The notes below the pieces were generated by a model. That model was not told where the DNA came from. It did no database searches and saw nothing but the letters and a program-made list of their open reading frames with translations. This document shows positions 22,601-29,242 of a stretch of 31,144 nt of DNA, piece by piece (the first letter of the stretch is position 1; each line of letters starts with the position of its first letter). The translations under genes were made by a program, and so were the position numbers. Source of the stretch: a virus (lineage: Duplodnaviria; Caudoviricetes); IMG/VR virus record IMGVR_UViG_3300012953_000121, positions 1-31,144 of that record. One strand, written 5' to 3'.

Positions 22601-25600
22601 CTTCAATATCTGGATATTTAAATACCTGATAACCAGTACCTGTTGATCCTAGACCAACATAATTCTTCCTTGTATAATCAATCTTTGAAGTTCCACCAAT
22701 TCCAGCATCTGCTACTCTAAATGAATCATCATCAATCTTTAATATATGATAGAAATTAGCAGTAGTGCTTATACCTGTAGATATAGTTAAACCCTGAATT
22801 GCTTTAGGTTGTGTTGTACCTATACCAACCATTGTGGTATATTCTACTAAATCACCATCTCTAAATCCATGATCTTTAAAGTTTATAGTATCAAAAGCAG
22901 TTGAAATTCCTGAAGGATGTACAGGTAATTTTCTATATTGGAAATCATAACCAGAATTTAAGACTCTAACAGATCTTAAAGTATTTTTTGATTCTGTTCT
23001 AAACTTATGAATACCAGCAGCATTTGTTGCTGTAGAGAATCCTATGGTATTAATACCAGTGATACCAAACATAGCATCTGCTGGTGTTTTATATAAGTAA
23101 ATTCTTTCTGGATTAATAACTCTAACATAGTAAGGTGCTCCATTAACCAAATATTCAGTAATTACATTACTTACTTCTTTGAACTTGGTTATTCCTATAG
23201 CATCTTGTCCGTTACTGTTATAGTAAAGTAATTGTCCATCAACAAGATTGTGATCTCTTTTGAAAGTTATAGTTTCTTCTTGTATATCTAAACCACCTGA
23301 GAAGAATATATCACGACTATCAAATTCAACTTCCCTAAATCTAGGTCCAGTAATTGGTTCTAATAAACAACCTTTACCGTTACCACCAATAAGACTTACT
23401 GATAAAACCTTATCAATATCAAAATCTTGAGCATCTACAAGAACCTCTCTAACAGATCCTTTAATGATTGGTTCCGCATGTGCGATTTCGCCACCAAATT
23501 CTTGTGGTGCTTCAATAGATAATTTTGGAGGATTAGCAACATCATATTCCTTTCCTGAATTATATACTTTTACATTCTCTAAAGGACCATATGACATGGT
23601 CTCATTTGCCACATATGATCTTATTTGAGTACCATCAACCAACATACCAATATTATTAATTGGTCTCTGATCCTTAGTTGTAATACTTAAATCTTGTGAT
23701 AGTGGGAATTTTCTTAAAATTCTATCCTCATAGAGCATTTTATTGAAATGATCTCTAAGAATAAACCTATGAGTATGAGTATGACCAGCACCTACTGGTG
23801 GATTCATAGTTATACTACTAGCACTACCAATAGCACTTATTGAATTATATAAAGCAATACCCTTCCTAGTTGAACCTTCAGCAACACTAATATAATAAGT
23901 TTCGCCATCAGTTAGACCTTGAATAGGAATACCTATATCATCTAAATTATCTCTTGTTTGATAAACAACAGCATTACCTGAAATAAAATTGGTAGGTTCC
24001 GATAGATTTAATCGGGCAAAACCAGAATTATATCCACTAATTGGGTCGATATATGTTGGATATGAGAGTAAACCGTTACGGAAAGTTGTAAGTCCTGATT
24101 CAACTATTAAAGATGTAAACCTCTTTAGATCAAGTTCATAACTTGGCAATCCATTAGAAGCAACATAACCATCCTTATCCCCATCAGAATAAACATTAAG
24201 TACATTAGAGATAACATTACTATTAGAAAGACCTATACCAACAGATGTTGTTTTCGCCTTATTTAAGTTTCTTCTTAAGTCATAATCAGCAAGTGGATTT
24301 GGTTCTCCACTAGACCAAGATAAGTTATCTACTGTAATACTGTTAGTTACATAATCAATACTCTTAACTATAGCACCACCCATTGGTGTCATAGCAGTTC
24401 TTCTAAGGAAAGTGATACTATCACCAATCTTTAAACTGGATTTATCAATTACACTCAATAAAGTAAATGATGTTTGACCATTTGAGGATACATTCTCTAT
24501 CTGATAACGAGAACTTGTATTATAAACCCAACTATTAGCAAATATTTCTTTATATGTTATACCAGTATTTGATATAATCTCACCAACATTCTTTACAGAA
24601 ATTTCTTCCCGTTCACCAACCAATGAAATATCTTCATTTGGTACAAATTTGGAAAGAACACCAGTAATTCTTAAATCACATCTCTGAGATAAATCTCCAT
24701 GTTCATATCCAAATATAGTTTCCGTTGTTCTTATATTTGAACCAGTTTCTATTGCGTATGTAATATTAGAACAACCAAAGAATTGATTTACACTCTTTGA
24801 GGTATATTGAATGATATTAGGATTACCTTCACTTAAAATAGATCCCGTATTACCAAAACCAATAGTAGAATCTACAGATATGATGGAAGATCCAACCGAA
24901 ACTGTTTCTAATGATTTTGTTTTTGCTTGTATATTAAAACTTCCTTCAATTAAATCCCTATCACTAAATCCAACAAATAAAGAAAGTTGATAATATGTTT
25001 TACCTTCTCTTGTTAAAATTTCAACTTCAGATACTGATCCAGTAGTTCTATCGTCAGTTGATTTGTATATAGTTTGTCCAACCAAATTGTATGGGTCACC
25101 GCTTATTGCTTCGGCAATGACAGTTTCTCTACGAATAAATTCAGCTGCTGATGGTTTAACTAAACGCTCTTCAAGGTCTAATACCTTAGCTTCAACACCA
25201 TATAATAATTTAAATAGTATTCTTATAGATTCTTCAATACCTTTTGATTGATAGAAGGATCTAGCATTTTTTACAAAGTTACCAACATCAATACCAGGAT
25301 GGAATGATTCATCCTCTAAACCTGGTAAGAAAGTTTTCTTTATCTTTTTATAAAATTCCTGTAAAAAGAGTACACTAAGGTTAGTGATTACAGAGTTAAT
25401 ATTATGATTAGACGCATTACTATCATTAAATACTAAATTTTGATTATTAACTTCAAGTAATGATGAGGAAATGCCAACATTATAATCACTTATTCCACTA
25501 AATCCACGTATACATCCCGTAAAAGTTGTACTTGTCTTACCTGTATATGATATAATTTCATCATCAATCTTTAAAAGACCATATTCTTTAGGAAATCCCT

Positions 25601-25871
25601 TTGTTGAAGCAACAGTAATAGTTGTATCAGAAGTAATAATGTCTGTAGATAGTGTAGTAGTTCCAGTAACAACTTCAGGAACTAGGTTATCTACTTTAAG
25701 ATACCTATCGAGATTATCAATAAGATCAGTAGGACCTCCTTGATATTCTTGCGATATGTAGTATTGTTTTAAAAAATCAGTAGTTAATGGAAAATCAGCT
25801 ACCACAAATTCTGGTAACTGACTTTCGACTATCTTATTGACTTGTACTCTTTTATCAAATTCTAGACTCAT
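10650..25871 (-). CDS. gp7: giant baseplate wedge initiator gp7 (5073 aa)
   Basis: Single 15.2-kb ORF between gp6 and gp8. It carries QLPEFV...FLKQYY, FYQSKGIEESIRILFKLLYG and NDYYQNLSYSVRS...VIHPSGLK motifs of gp7-like wedge proteins, plus many internal beta-rich modules. Confidence 0.88.
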   Translation of the reverse strand: MSLEFDKRVQVNKIVESQLPEFVVADFPLTTDFLKQYYISQEYQGGPTDLIDNLDRYLKVDNLVPEVVTGTTTLSTDIITSDTTITVASTKGFPKEYGLLKIDDEIISYTGKTSTTFTGCIRGFSGISDYNVGISSSLLEVNNQNLVFNDSNASNHNINSVITNLSVLFLQEFYKKIKKTFLPGLEDESFHPGIDVGNFVKNARSFYQSKGIEESIRILFKLLYGVEAKVLDLEERLVKPSAAEFIRRETVIAEAISGDPYNLVGQTIYKSTDDRTTGSVSEVEILTREGKTYYQLSLFVGFSDRDLIEGSFNIQAKTKSLETVSVGSSIISVDSTIGFGNTGSILSEGNPNIIQYTSKSVNQFFGCSNITYAIETGSNIRTTETIFGYEHGDLSQRCDLRITGVLSKFVPNEDISLVGEREEISVKNVGEIISNTGITYKEIFANSWVYNTSSRYQIENVSSNGQTSFTLLSVIDKSSLKIGDSITFLRRTAMTPMGGAIVKSIDYVTNSITVDNLSWSSGEPNPLADYDLRRNLNKAKTTSVGIGLSNSNVISNVLNVYSDGDKDGYVASNGLPSYELDLKRFTSLIVESGLTTFRNGLLSYPTYIDPISGYNSGFARLNLSEPTNFISGNAVVYQTRDNLDDIGIPIQGLTDGETYYISVAEGSTRKGIALYNSISAIGSASSITMNPPVGAGHTHTHRFILRDHFNKMLYEDRILRKFPLSQDLSITTKDQRPINNIGMLVDGTQIRSYVANETMSYGPLENVKVYNSGKEYDVANPPKLSIEAPQEFGGEIAHAEPIIKGSVREVLVDAQDFDIDKVLSVSLIGGNGKGCLLEPITGPRFREVEFDSRDIFFSGGLDIQEETITFKRDHNLVDGQLLYYNSNGQDAIGITKFKEVSNVITEYLVNGAPYYVRVINPERIYLYKTPADAMFGITGINTIGFSTATNAAGIHKFRTESKNTLRSVRVLNSGYDFQYRKLPVHPSGISTAFDTINFKDHGFRDGDLVEYTTMVGIGTTQPKAIQGLTISTGISTTANFYHILKIDDDSFRVADAGIGGTSKIDYTRKNYVGLGSTGTGYQVFKYPDIEVNVNVSYASSVSGKINFTPIVTGEMIGAYLYDGGSKYGSKVSGHYFTPKVTIQNGRTAEVRPIIESGKIVDVQVLNKGKEYWSLPNLDIVDAADSKIPGSGCKLKPVINSLGQLSDIVVINPGIGYSTNANVYVDSKGKNALLSATIRKLSIDNYQWQSEYHLEPLNEDLLQFGVHAYTNTISQGLGDNGGVTGAGIGTHSALIGWAYDGNPIYGSYGYMDPSDINSGIKRLLPSYIQKYDYKDRPTVNEYNERFFVEDNVFDGSGDLDIHNGRFCKTPEFPNGVYAYFATVDQNGVPIYPYFIGETYRLPYIEENTILDQSFDFNNSNLSRNTFPYKVNEQYADNDFIIESNEIIKQKSVVESVTRGVVDGFDILDGGDSYKIGDFTVFNDDDTNGGGARGQVDEIVGIGVSSINTELTTFENAVLVWQSDTEVMVHNLPTIELNDKDTVLISGLTTSIYKLNDSFSVGIHTDVIGLAKTMSVQNNSNGAVEDIYVNYIPNTVSIGGSLRVGDECLKVLNLYDIGGIIRVNRPTSGIAHAYGSKIDVLNNRISIPVKTNQFKSDLNLVQFFNANLAVGVGTTCGSVIDYTIGESTKQVNVPSQSIYLPKHPFKGGERVIFTKEASAQSLLVGREIDGSQQFYLPDQTSSSSELYVVDKGSDFIGLATNVGAANTESGLFFYSNATNDYEYKIETTFEQIRCNVDRIVSTVTTKIGAANTTTHGLLNGDKVSINVVPNTTVGLGSTAPLVLDYNEQYQKLLINPVGFDGSDVDTIKDTITITDHGYKTGDKIFYSCDGDIVSGITTGCYYIHLVDSNKFNLSETYNDTFSSPPRMIDFTAGGSGHSISLVNPQIPVVKNSQLTFGVSSFNLADYKLKFFYDKEFKNEFVTATDLNTFNISGIGTIGIGTFLSSPLVGAAVSVGFSTAMPAILYYALEKGGYISTADKDVNNYSQILFTDSKYSGDYEVFDITTETFKYSPRAIPEVLRYEEDQCDNIEYSSKSNTVSGPIKSIKLISEGSSYKKLPKFTSVNSVSGSNANIVALSTSIGRINNLRIVDIGYEYSSDSTLRPEAFISPVVRIDDLDFIEEISVVDTGSDYLSAPDLILYNPESNQVVDSTSLEAISPNQGVAGVDVIAPIKGLDSVTHRVIAINNSNGIGINSMTVDGTEATCVMETPINGYTVAPFAVDDEIFVEGIQLFGEVGIGTQASSSSGISTDGEGWNSSNHGYQYFKVKSYISSNPDVLKFDLVGLTTNPGIAKTYQSGYANIVNRNKLPVFSPVQQRSKFSPDEPILVKENQTGTFQKKDLKAVEIREDFIKTSGLYNLKVGDRIAGQYSGVTATVTGITANSAKFDVSFSNRREIGWTNNTGMLNEDFQVIPNNDYYQNLSYSVRSSETWESFVDPLNRVIHPSGLKNFSDTLLETNVDVRVGLGSTEASKAVIILDVFGEKRVDTINDFDHVIDYDARDNKSKFIDFKHKKLTDFTKCKTNRVLIHDDISGKFSSKGGQDQYTEIEEIGTNFIKYHIQVVDADTFDVQFTDLIVLTSTDSAYILERSTDFSNTLLGEFKTNVDYFNRKTLEFTPLEKFEKDFDIKVLKTSFNTDTISDSVQEIGSIDLIGKNVQVAAAQTAMSGGNLVVTGTTTTNILQFSPTNFNAFFANVLVKDDASGELDYNEVIVNFDGTDTYITESYTDVLGVTYSSSSNSKVGVLTARFDSGTIYFDCINDKSSKLLLSANVVGLGTTTAGIGTYRYKVSGQPDGSERTVRYESNYNAVDNGNSIPIFTLDGLVDSSAKSILKVTSGQNSAIHQAVVIQDVNNDAVTVQYPHVSIGDISGIGTFGTVTDTVNNKVRFDFYPDAAYSSSTVEVQAYSEIYQTINDFENEPPLLQIGPVSTELVLSSYDGLNGTRGNRVNFDLKHEGIPIYYKTFNPDSSQLTVSAGAGTTFTIPDHFFNTNEILNYKAYSSFIGVAAAPCGIAQTTNNLGQLVTEMPSEVYVKALTPDTFQLFSRREYIATGLPIEVTNVGGGNAHKLEMGKKISKTVIGLDGIIQQPVTYTSINHTLPTTIGIGLSQFALSGISSVQPRDVIKIDDEYMKVEEVGLAESVGGTINSWNGTIPVVKVKRGALGILPTTHNSGSNVQVFRGSYNIVDSTAWFLDPPKGNTRTRRNLTNLPYVKAEFSGRTFLRTNYDTNMVFDDISDNFTGIGRTYSLTVGGANTSSGVGVGNGILFINGVFQTPLTLNNLGNNYEIEADVVSGVSSVTFTGISSENGQLIQSEFDINQNQVPRGGIIVSMGSTTGVGYAPLVGARVYPKLQSGSIVSVTGAGTSVGPIGGGIQTAHYDNNIGIITVTTNEVHGFGLGSPNTVKLEDLQFICPTNAVGTPVTGTTYDPATGDMVITIAGHGLSNGDAVKLEKESIIFSCGYGGATGSAAQKAYPRETDPAYDRYMYVSDVTTDTFKVNVLFGVTPTNTDAHTFVSATSNAVRTIGGGGYVGVTTTIFQDHERPLQLVGVSSARSFQVDCGITSIPHTYVGGGSVWRYENQLTYGSGYREPVSISVNDIAYDHKFVRSDADSITAYTGGFMGQTLTPIAIDYTSSTGDLLMTFGEHGIAGPVDITVKDAQYDARVGILTATAGTNYDVSDATYDPTTGIMVLTIGTHNLDTNDKLKLVPNSLTFSCGYGGATGTAAQKTYPRASGTGVNAGTPDPGYNTFLDITAVDIAAGTISVKVLSTTPSTNTDVHTFVSATAGAVFVPRVFTNNEQVRFADNSITFKCGMDNNATTHSYPRSTDPSSDKWLIVSNVTATDFEVNVGTSPLVGHTPTTGTTYDPFTGLMVLEIGSHTLKQGESVRLEPESISFSCNYGSGGTKSYPRPSNDPFYNTAIPIQSVTETTITLQVLTTVPSTNTDIHTFEGATANAVKSGGFYTHTFDSATTNGVRATKSLKIATNSLTFTCSKDDYDGEHTYPRTTDPAYDTFLPITSTTQNTIMTDVGPGGGAGTGAIVTAKIAKNTHRFVNSIGTHIYKSSISNAVTIGGTKKDVTNAVYTPSTGILVLTIGSHTFSTSDTVTIAHKALKFTCDADNHATEHAYPRTTDPAYNTALAITAVDQSGGTITCNVGIPYQYEGITANAGGPFTADTVDYDPQCGIMTVTTSAAHGFTAAITKNTTNAVYNPNVGILTVTTNTNHGFSNGDYVKIAENSLVFKCAKDGFISEHSYPRKGDPLFNKWTQVSNVTAKKFEVQCLLSVPSTNTSSHSYERSEAGNIMGANNTVEIVAGSLTLTCNKDRYATNHSYPRTTDPVYNRPVGVEGIESTTKFSINVGRSPYGTGGSLEFTVVAGGTGYVNPEIICPEPNYENIPVKGISRLGIGKTTETGVNLLLNLAVGAAQTSVGISSTLFEISKFDIARPGHSFKVGDRFTPIGMVTSAEVEEPLKDFELEVVEIFNDFFSAWQFGEIDFIDDIKSMQNGVRRRFPLFFNGQLLSFEKDESDPLSSDINLNAVLLIFVNGVLQTPGTAYQFEGGTTFTFTEAPDGGDKVDIFFYLGQRGIDVEIIDIQETIKPGDDVRIYRHPSLPDSITQDRERVVKEILTSDLIETDVYSGRGINEDDDKPLSWTKQKVDKVIQGSLVSKARESIEPCVYPTSKIISDVNETSGIGLGLQDGIFVDDAEIFFYEEGPLRLPSSERYGITVDAVDALMMPASGVERPAAAEVVVSAATSQVSSITITDGGSGYTVAPTIKLSAPPMIGVGIGTTATATTTIVNGSVTSATVTNVGLYTGRVPNVIIESPTYETERIELFKFAQGFTGIITGIGTAVGTNNNPLAIKFFFKTIDGNQAGDLRIGYPISIKDTKIGDGVTSIDSHETSVVGIGTTFLDNIYKVHSITTADKTGEITCNILSTTNHVGLASTGQYNQTNIGITTSLGTISWGRLYGPDTVRSTNPISIGVTGLTIDSGLSTFPVIQRRNYSLGSLKGLRNTGAIRLQV
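12630..15600 (-). repeat. array of nine ~90-100-aa repeat units within gp7 (Y[DNT]PxxGxhxhT...H / ShxFxC / YPRxxDP / HxF)
   Basis: Nine Y-x-x-x-x-G starts at about 15581, 15437, 14822, 14735, 14669, 14123, 13469, 13181 and 13091; eight YPR...DP motifs. Confidence 0.9.
14532..15341. repeat. near-identical 42-bp direct repeat (14532-14573 and 15300-15341)
   Basis: cttttgagcagcag[t/a]accagtagcaccaccatatccacaact, 41 of 42 bases identical; encodes SCGYGGATG[T/S]AAQK. Confidence 0.9.
21688..22005 (-). other. YHYH-family-like domain embedded in gp7
   Basis: HSALIGWAYDGNPIYG...GDLDIHNGRFCKTPEFPNGVYAYFAT...YPYFIG matches the C-terminal half of YHYH proteins, with YAYF in place of YHYH. Confidence 0.7.
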
Positions 25872-25874
25872 TCT

Positions 25875-27854
25875 TTATTTCCTCTCGATTGCTCCATTTG
25901 AGTAACTTGAAGTGTAATAATCTCTTGAAAATACCACGCCTGAAACATCCTCTCCTGATGCGATTACGTCCTTGACCATATTTATCGAACTATTAGAAAC
26001 GTCAAAACTAAGATAGAGATCCTTCAATCCAATAACATCATTGGATTCTGGGAATGCTTGTATCTCAATTAAGTTATTTGCCGCAACAGTTTGTGTTATA
26101 TTAACAGTGTTGATGATGATTTCACCTTTCTTATAATCAACCGTACCAACATCCTTTGCTACAATCTTCATCTCATTCTTTGTATCCTTAGATACAATAC
26201 ACATAACACCCTTCTTACTACCATCTAAATCGCCTGTAACAGTTTTATTTGGAATATCTGTGAAATATACCGTATTAGGGTATCCAGAGATCTTAAACCC
26301 TGTAGACTTGATATTAAAACCAGATTGACTAATGTAAAATCTATTACCAAAACATATCTCATATTGAGCAAATGTATTGATAAGTACCTTCATATCCCTT
26401 CTAATCTTCACTTTCGTAATATTAGAAGTAATAGCATTATTAACTCTATCAATAAGTTGATTCATTTTACTGAATTTAAATCTACCACCAAACTTATTAA
26501 TCTCCACATTATTTGAATATGTAGTAAGATTGTCAATTATATTGCTACGTAATAAAGAACCGTCCGAGAACTGTGAGGTGTTATAATAAACTGTTGTATC
26601 AATTTCTACATATAGAACTTTAAGATCTACAATTTCAGAATTTATACCAGCAATAGCATAATTTTTTAACTTACTCTTAATTTGTTGTTTATCAAAATCA
26701 GATACATAAGTACCATTTTTTGGTTTAATACTAATCTGAACTTTACCGAACTGTGGTGGATCCAATTCCTCACCACCAACAACCGCAACAGATTCTGTCG
26801 CAGGGTAAATTGATTGTATTATTGCCTCATAATCTCTTGGCGTAACTGCTCTATACTGTGCGGAATACAGTCTAGGAGCCAAATACTTAATTGATGATAT
26901 ATCTTCGTTCTCAGAACCATTTGAGGCACGATTAACAGTAGTTACTGATATAGTATCAACTGGCAATTCAGAAACATATTGATCTGAAGCAGTACTTAAT
27001 CTACGATCAAAAGTTCCTTGAAATTCAAAAGTACCAACAGAACCTGCTGCTCCACCAGCACCATTACCTTCAACACCATCAGTTATAATATATCTAACAC
27101 TAACGATATTACCTGTTGTTAATTTCTTACCAAAGAATCCATCACCAAATAATACTTCAACTTTCTCATCCTGAACTTCTTGTATTAAGAATATTTCAGA
27201 ATCTTTGTTTAAATTAAGGATATTATCTATCTTTTTATATTCTCTACCATTAGATAAATCATTAACATCGTTTCTAACACTAACTTTAATAGTTGAAGAA
27301 TCAATATTAGTATTGTCTAAAATAAATCTTTGATCAACTTGAGTATCAATTATAAAATTTGTTTGTACTAATGTTCCTTGTTTAACTGGGATATTAGTAA
27401 AAGATGCGATTCTCTTACCAAGAGTATTAGTTAATACGTTAGCAGTTATAGGAGATGAACTTGAGAATCTATAATTCGTGTTATTAGCGTTTCCTACACA
27501 AACAAGACCAGGTTTAAGTCTAAGTTGAGAAATATCATTATTACTATCTTGTATTTCTACATCAAACGAAATATGTGCTTCTGCTGCTGTTTTAGATCTT
27601 GGTACATATCCTATATTACGTGCTAATGATATAACATTTTCTCTTATAGTTGCTGAATCTAAAAACGATTCATTTGCTACTAAATTAGCATTAAACGCAT
27701 TAATATAGGTGTTATATGCTAAAGAATCAATTAAAACGGAAAAATTAGATCCCTCAAAATCAAAATCAGTAAAATTTGAGTTTGAAGCAAGATAATCCTT
27801 TAATTGATTCTTGATTTGATCAAAATCTAGAGTGTTAAACTGCGTAACGGGCAT
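25875..27854 (-). CDS. gp6: baseplate wedge subunit gp6 (659 aa)
   Basis: LDFDQIK..L..YL...FTDFDFEGSNFSVLID.LAYNTY...NESFLDSA..RENVISLARNIGYVPRS and QYRAVTPRDY motifs; length similar to T4 gp6. Confidence 0.95.
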   Translation of the reverse strand: MPVTQFNTLDFDQIKNQLKDYLASNSNFTDFDFEGSNFSVLIDSLAYNTYINAFNANLVANESFLDSATIRENVISLARNIGYVPRSKTAAEAHISFDVEIQDSNNDISQLRLKPGLVCVGNANNTNYRFSSSSPITANVLTNTLGKRIASFTNIPVKQGTLVQTNFIIDTQVDQRFILDNTNIDSSTIKVSVRNDVNDLSNGREYKKIDNILNLNKDSEIFLIQEVQDEKVEVLFGDGFFGKKLTTGNIVSVRYIITDGVEGNGAGGAAGSVGTFEFQGTFDRRLSTASDQYVSELPVDTISVTTVNRASNGSENEDISSIKYLAPRLYSAQYRAVTPRDYEAIIQSIYPATESVAVVGGEELDPPQFGKVQISIKPKNGTYVSDFDKQQIKSKLKNYAIAGINSEIVDLKVLYVEIDTTVYYNTSQFSDGSLLRSNIIDNLTTYSNNVEINKFGGRFKFSKMNQLIDRVNNAITSNITKVKIRRDMKVLINTFAQYEICFGNRFYISQSGFNIKSTGFKISGYPNTVYFTDIPNKTVTGDLDGSKKGVMCIVSKDTKNEMKIVAKDVGTVDYKKGEIIINTVNITQTVAANNLIEIQAFPESNDVIGLKDLYLSFDVSNSSINMVKDVIASGEDVSGVVFSRDYYTSSYSNGAIERK

Positions 27855-27858
27855 TATT

Positions 27859-28260
27859 TTATCTGGTAGGTTCTAATAAAAAGGTGAAATTTTGTCTTGG
27901 TCTATCCAAACCAACAATATCAAAGAAAACTGTTACCTCAAAAGCATTTCTATCTGGTCTACCTAAGACATTCGTCTTAACATTAGCAACTCTTGGTTCG
28001 TAGTTGTTAATAGAAATCTTAATTTGGTCTTCAATTACGTATGAAGTTAACTTAGTATAGTTTTCAAATAACATTCCTCTGATATCTGTACCAATTAATG
28101 GTTCAAAATACCTTTCAGTTGGTATAGTTTCTACTAAATTCCTAACTGACCTAATAATTGCACGTTCATTAACCAAAACTGGCATGTCACCAGTAACGGG
28201 ATGGGGTTTAAAAGACAAACTAATGTCTTTAAATGCTCTAGATTTACGTGTAATCGACAT
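27859..28260 (-). CDS. gp25: baseplate wedge subunit gp25 (133 aa)
   Basis: FKDISLSF..HPVTGD...NERAI.RSVRNLV.T...ER.F.P..G...YEPRV motifs of the gp25/GPW family. Confidence 0.93.
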   Translation of the reverse strand: MSITRKSRAFKDISLSFKPHPVTGDMPVLVNERAIIRSVRNLVETIPTERYFEPLIGTDIRGMLFENYTKLTSYVIEDQIKISINNYEPRVANVKTNVLGRPDRNAFEVTVFFDIVGLDRPRQNFTFLLEPTR

Positions 28261-28291
28261 CGATAGGAGACTTTGTAGTATTTCCTCCCTT

Positions 28292-28299
28292 TATTTATA
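28292..28299 (-). promoter_or_regulatory. T4-type late promoter (TATAAATA) for the gp25-gp6-gp7 operon
   Basis: tatttata on the plus strand, intergenic, about 32 nt upstream of the gp25 ATG. Confidence 0.85.
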
Positions 28300-28320
28300 C
28301 CTATTCTTCAGAAAAATTAA

Positions 28321-28941
28321 TTATGTTCCTTGTTTGTACGAATTTTGTGGAAATTCTTCAATCCAACCATTCAATATGTACTTATCTCCATGTAAAGGAG
28401 GGTTTCCTCGGTGTGTATGTGTCCATCCTGCTGGAAAAACGATAATTTTTCCTACTTTTGGTTCAATTCTAAGACTTTGGTACAAGAATTCAGTTTCTCC
28501 ACCACCAAAACCTTCATTTAGGTAGACAATTACGACTATTTTACGATAAGTATCAGGAGCACATGCGTCATGATGCCATGTATGATACCCTTGTTGTGGA
28601 CGTGTCTTCTGTAATTTAGAATATTTGTACTCAAACGGTGTATTTTTTAATATTTCATATCTTTCTGTGTAATGATGAAGGCAACTCATTACAACATGAT
28701 TCCAATCTTGTGCTAATGGTAAAGTACTATTATAAACATTCTGTTCTTCGTGTTGTAATAGTTGTGTAAGGAACAATTGCTCATTCTTTACAGCACCAGT
28801 ACTACGGGGTGTAACCAACCCCGCACCAGCAGCGGCCATACGTTCATAAAAATCGACAAATTTATCCCCGTCAAGATTAGATTGAAATTCGGAGATAAAA
28901 TTGCCATGATCAGTATGACTAGTTAATTCAATCTGACTCAC
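28321..28941 (-). CDS. 2OG-Fe(II) oxygenase (prolyl-4-hydroxylase-like, 206 aa)
   Basis: WHHD (HxD) ... VYLN..GGETEF ... PKVGKIIVFPAGWTHTHRG ... KYILNGW gives the HxD...H iron triad and a basic 2OG-binding residue; GTG start coupled to the upstream stop (TAGTG). Confidence 0.9.
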   Translation of the reverse strand: MSQIELTSHTDHGNFISEFQSNLDGDKFVDFYERMAAAGAGLVTPRSTGAVKNEQLFLTQLLQHEEQNVYNSTLPLAQDWNHVVMSCLHHYTERYEILKNTPFEYKYSKLQKTRPQQGYHTWHHDACAPDTYRKIVVIVYLNEGFGGGETEFLYQSLRIEPKVGKIIVFPAGWTHTHRGNPPLHGDKYILNGWIEEFPQNSYKQGT

Positions 28942-29081
28942 TAACCTTGTCCTCTATATCTTTTACGAGCCGAGTTACGGGATGTTGCTGAATATTTCGA
29001 GTGCTTTCCTCTTCCTTGACGAGACTTTTTCGGTTTTGATTCGATAAAAGTATCACTGTTCCATGCGACTGATTTAGCCAT
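28941..29081 (-). CDS. small highly basic protein (46 aa; not in the ORF track)
   Basis: Hand translation MAKSVAWNSDTFIESKPKKSRQGRGKHSKYSATSRNSARKRYRGQG*; upstream GAGGA Shine-Dalgarno-like sequence; the stop overlaps the next start. Confidence 0.8.
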   Translation of the reverse strand: MAKSVAWNSDTFIESKPKKSRQGRGKHSKYSATSRNSARKRYRGQG

Positions 29082-29083
29082 AA

Positions 29084-29242
29084 TTAATCCTCAATAAATT
29101 CTGTTTTGATATTAGAAGGATTCGGTGATGAATTATCAATATAATAATCCTGTGCCAAATCCTCTATAGTGTTAAAATACTCATCCTCTGTAAGGTTCTT
29201 ATAAACTACCTCACCGTCAATTAGAATATTATAACGTGTCAT
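29084..29242 (-). CDS. small acidic hypothetical protein (52 aa; not in the ORF track)
   Basis: Hand translation MTRYNILIDGEVVYKNLTEDEYFNTIEDLAQDYYIDNSSPNPSNIKTEFIED*; TAATG coupling to the upstream gene. Confidence 0.8.
   Translation of the reverse strand: MTRYNILIDGEVVYKNLTEDEYFNTIEDLAQDYYIDNSSPNPSNIKTEFIED

Noticed and set aside
1465-25871. Inteins, introns or homing endonucleases explaining the very large ORFs
   Set aside because: No intein splice motifs, LAGLIDADG/HNH signatures or frame interruptions were seen; repeated structural modules account for the size.
3185-28525. Short plus-strand ORFs and alternate-frame minus ORFs inside vrlC, gp8, gp7, gp6 and gp25 (e.g. 3185..3427, 4071..4256, 6152..6373, 9813..10040, 12115..12378, 20633..20869, 28184..28525)
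   Set aside because: They overlap long conserved genes and show no motifs or expression signals; expected by chance.
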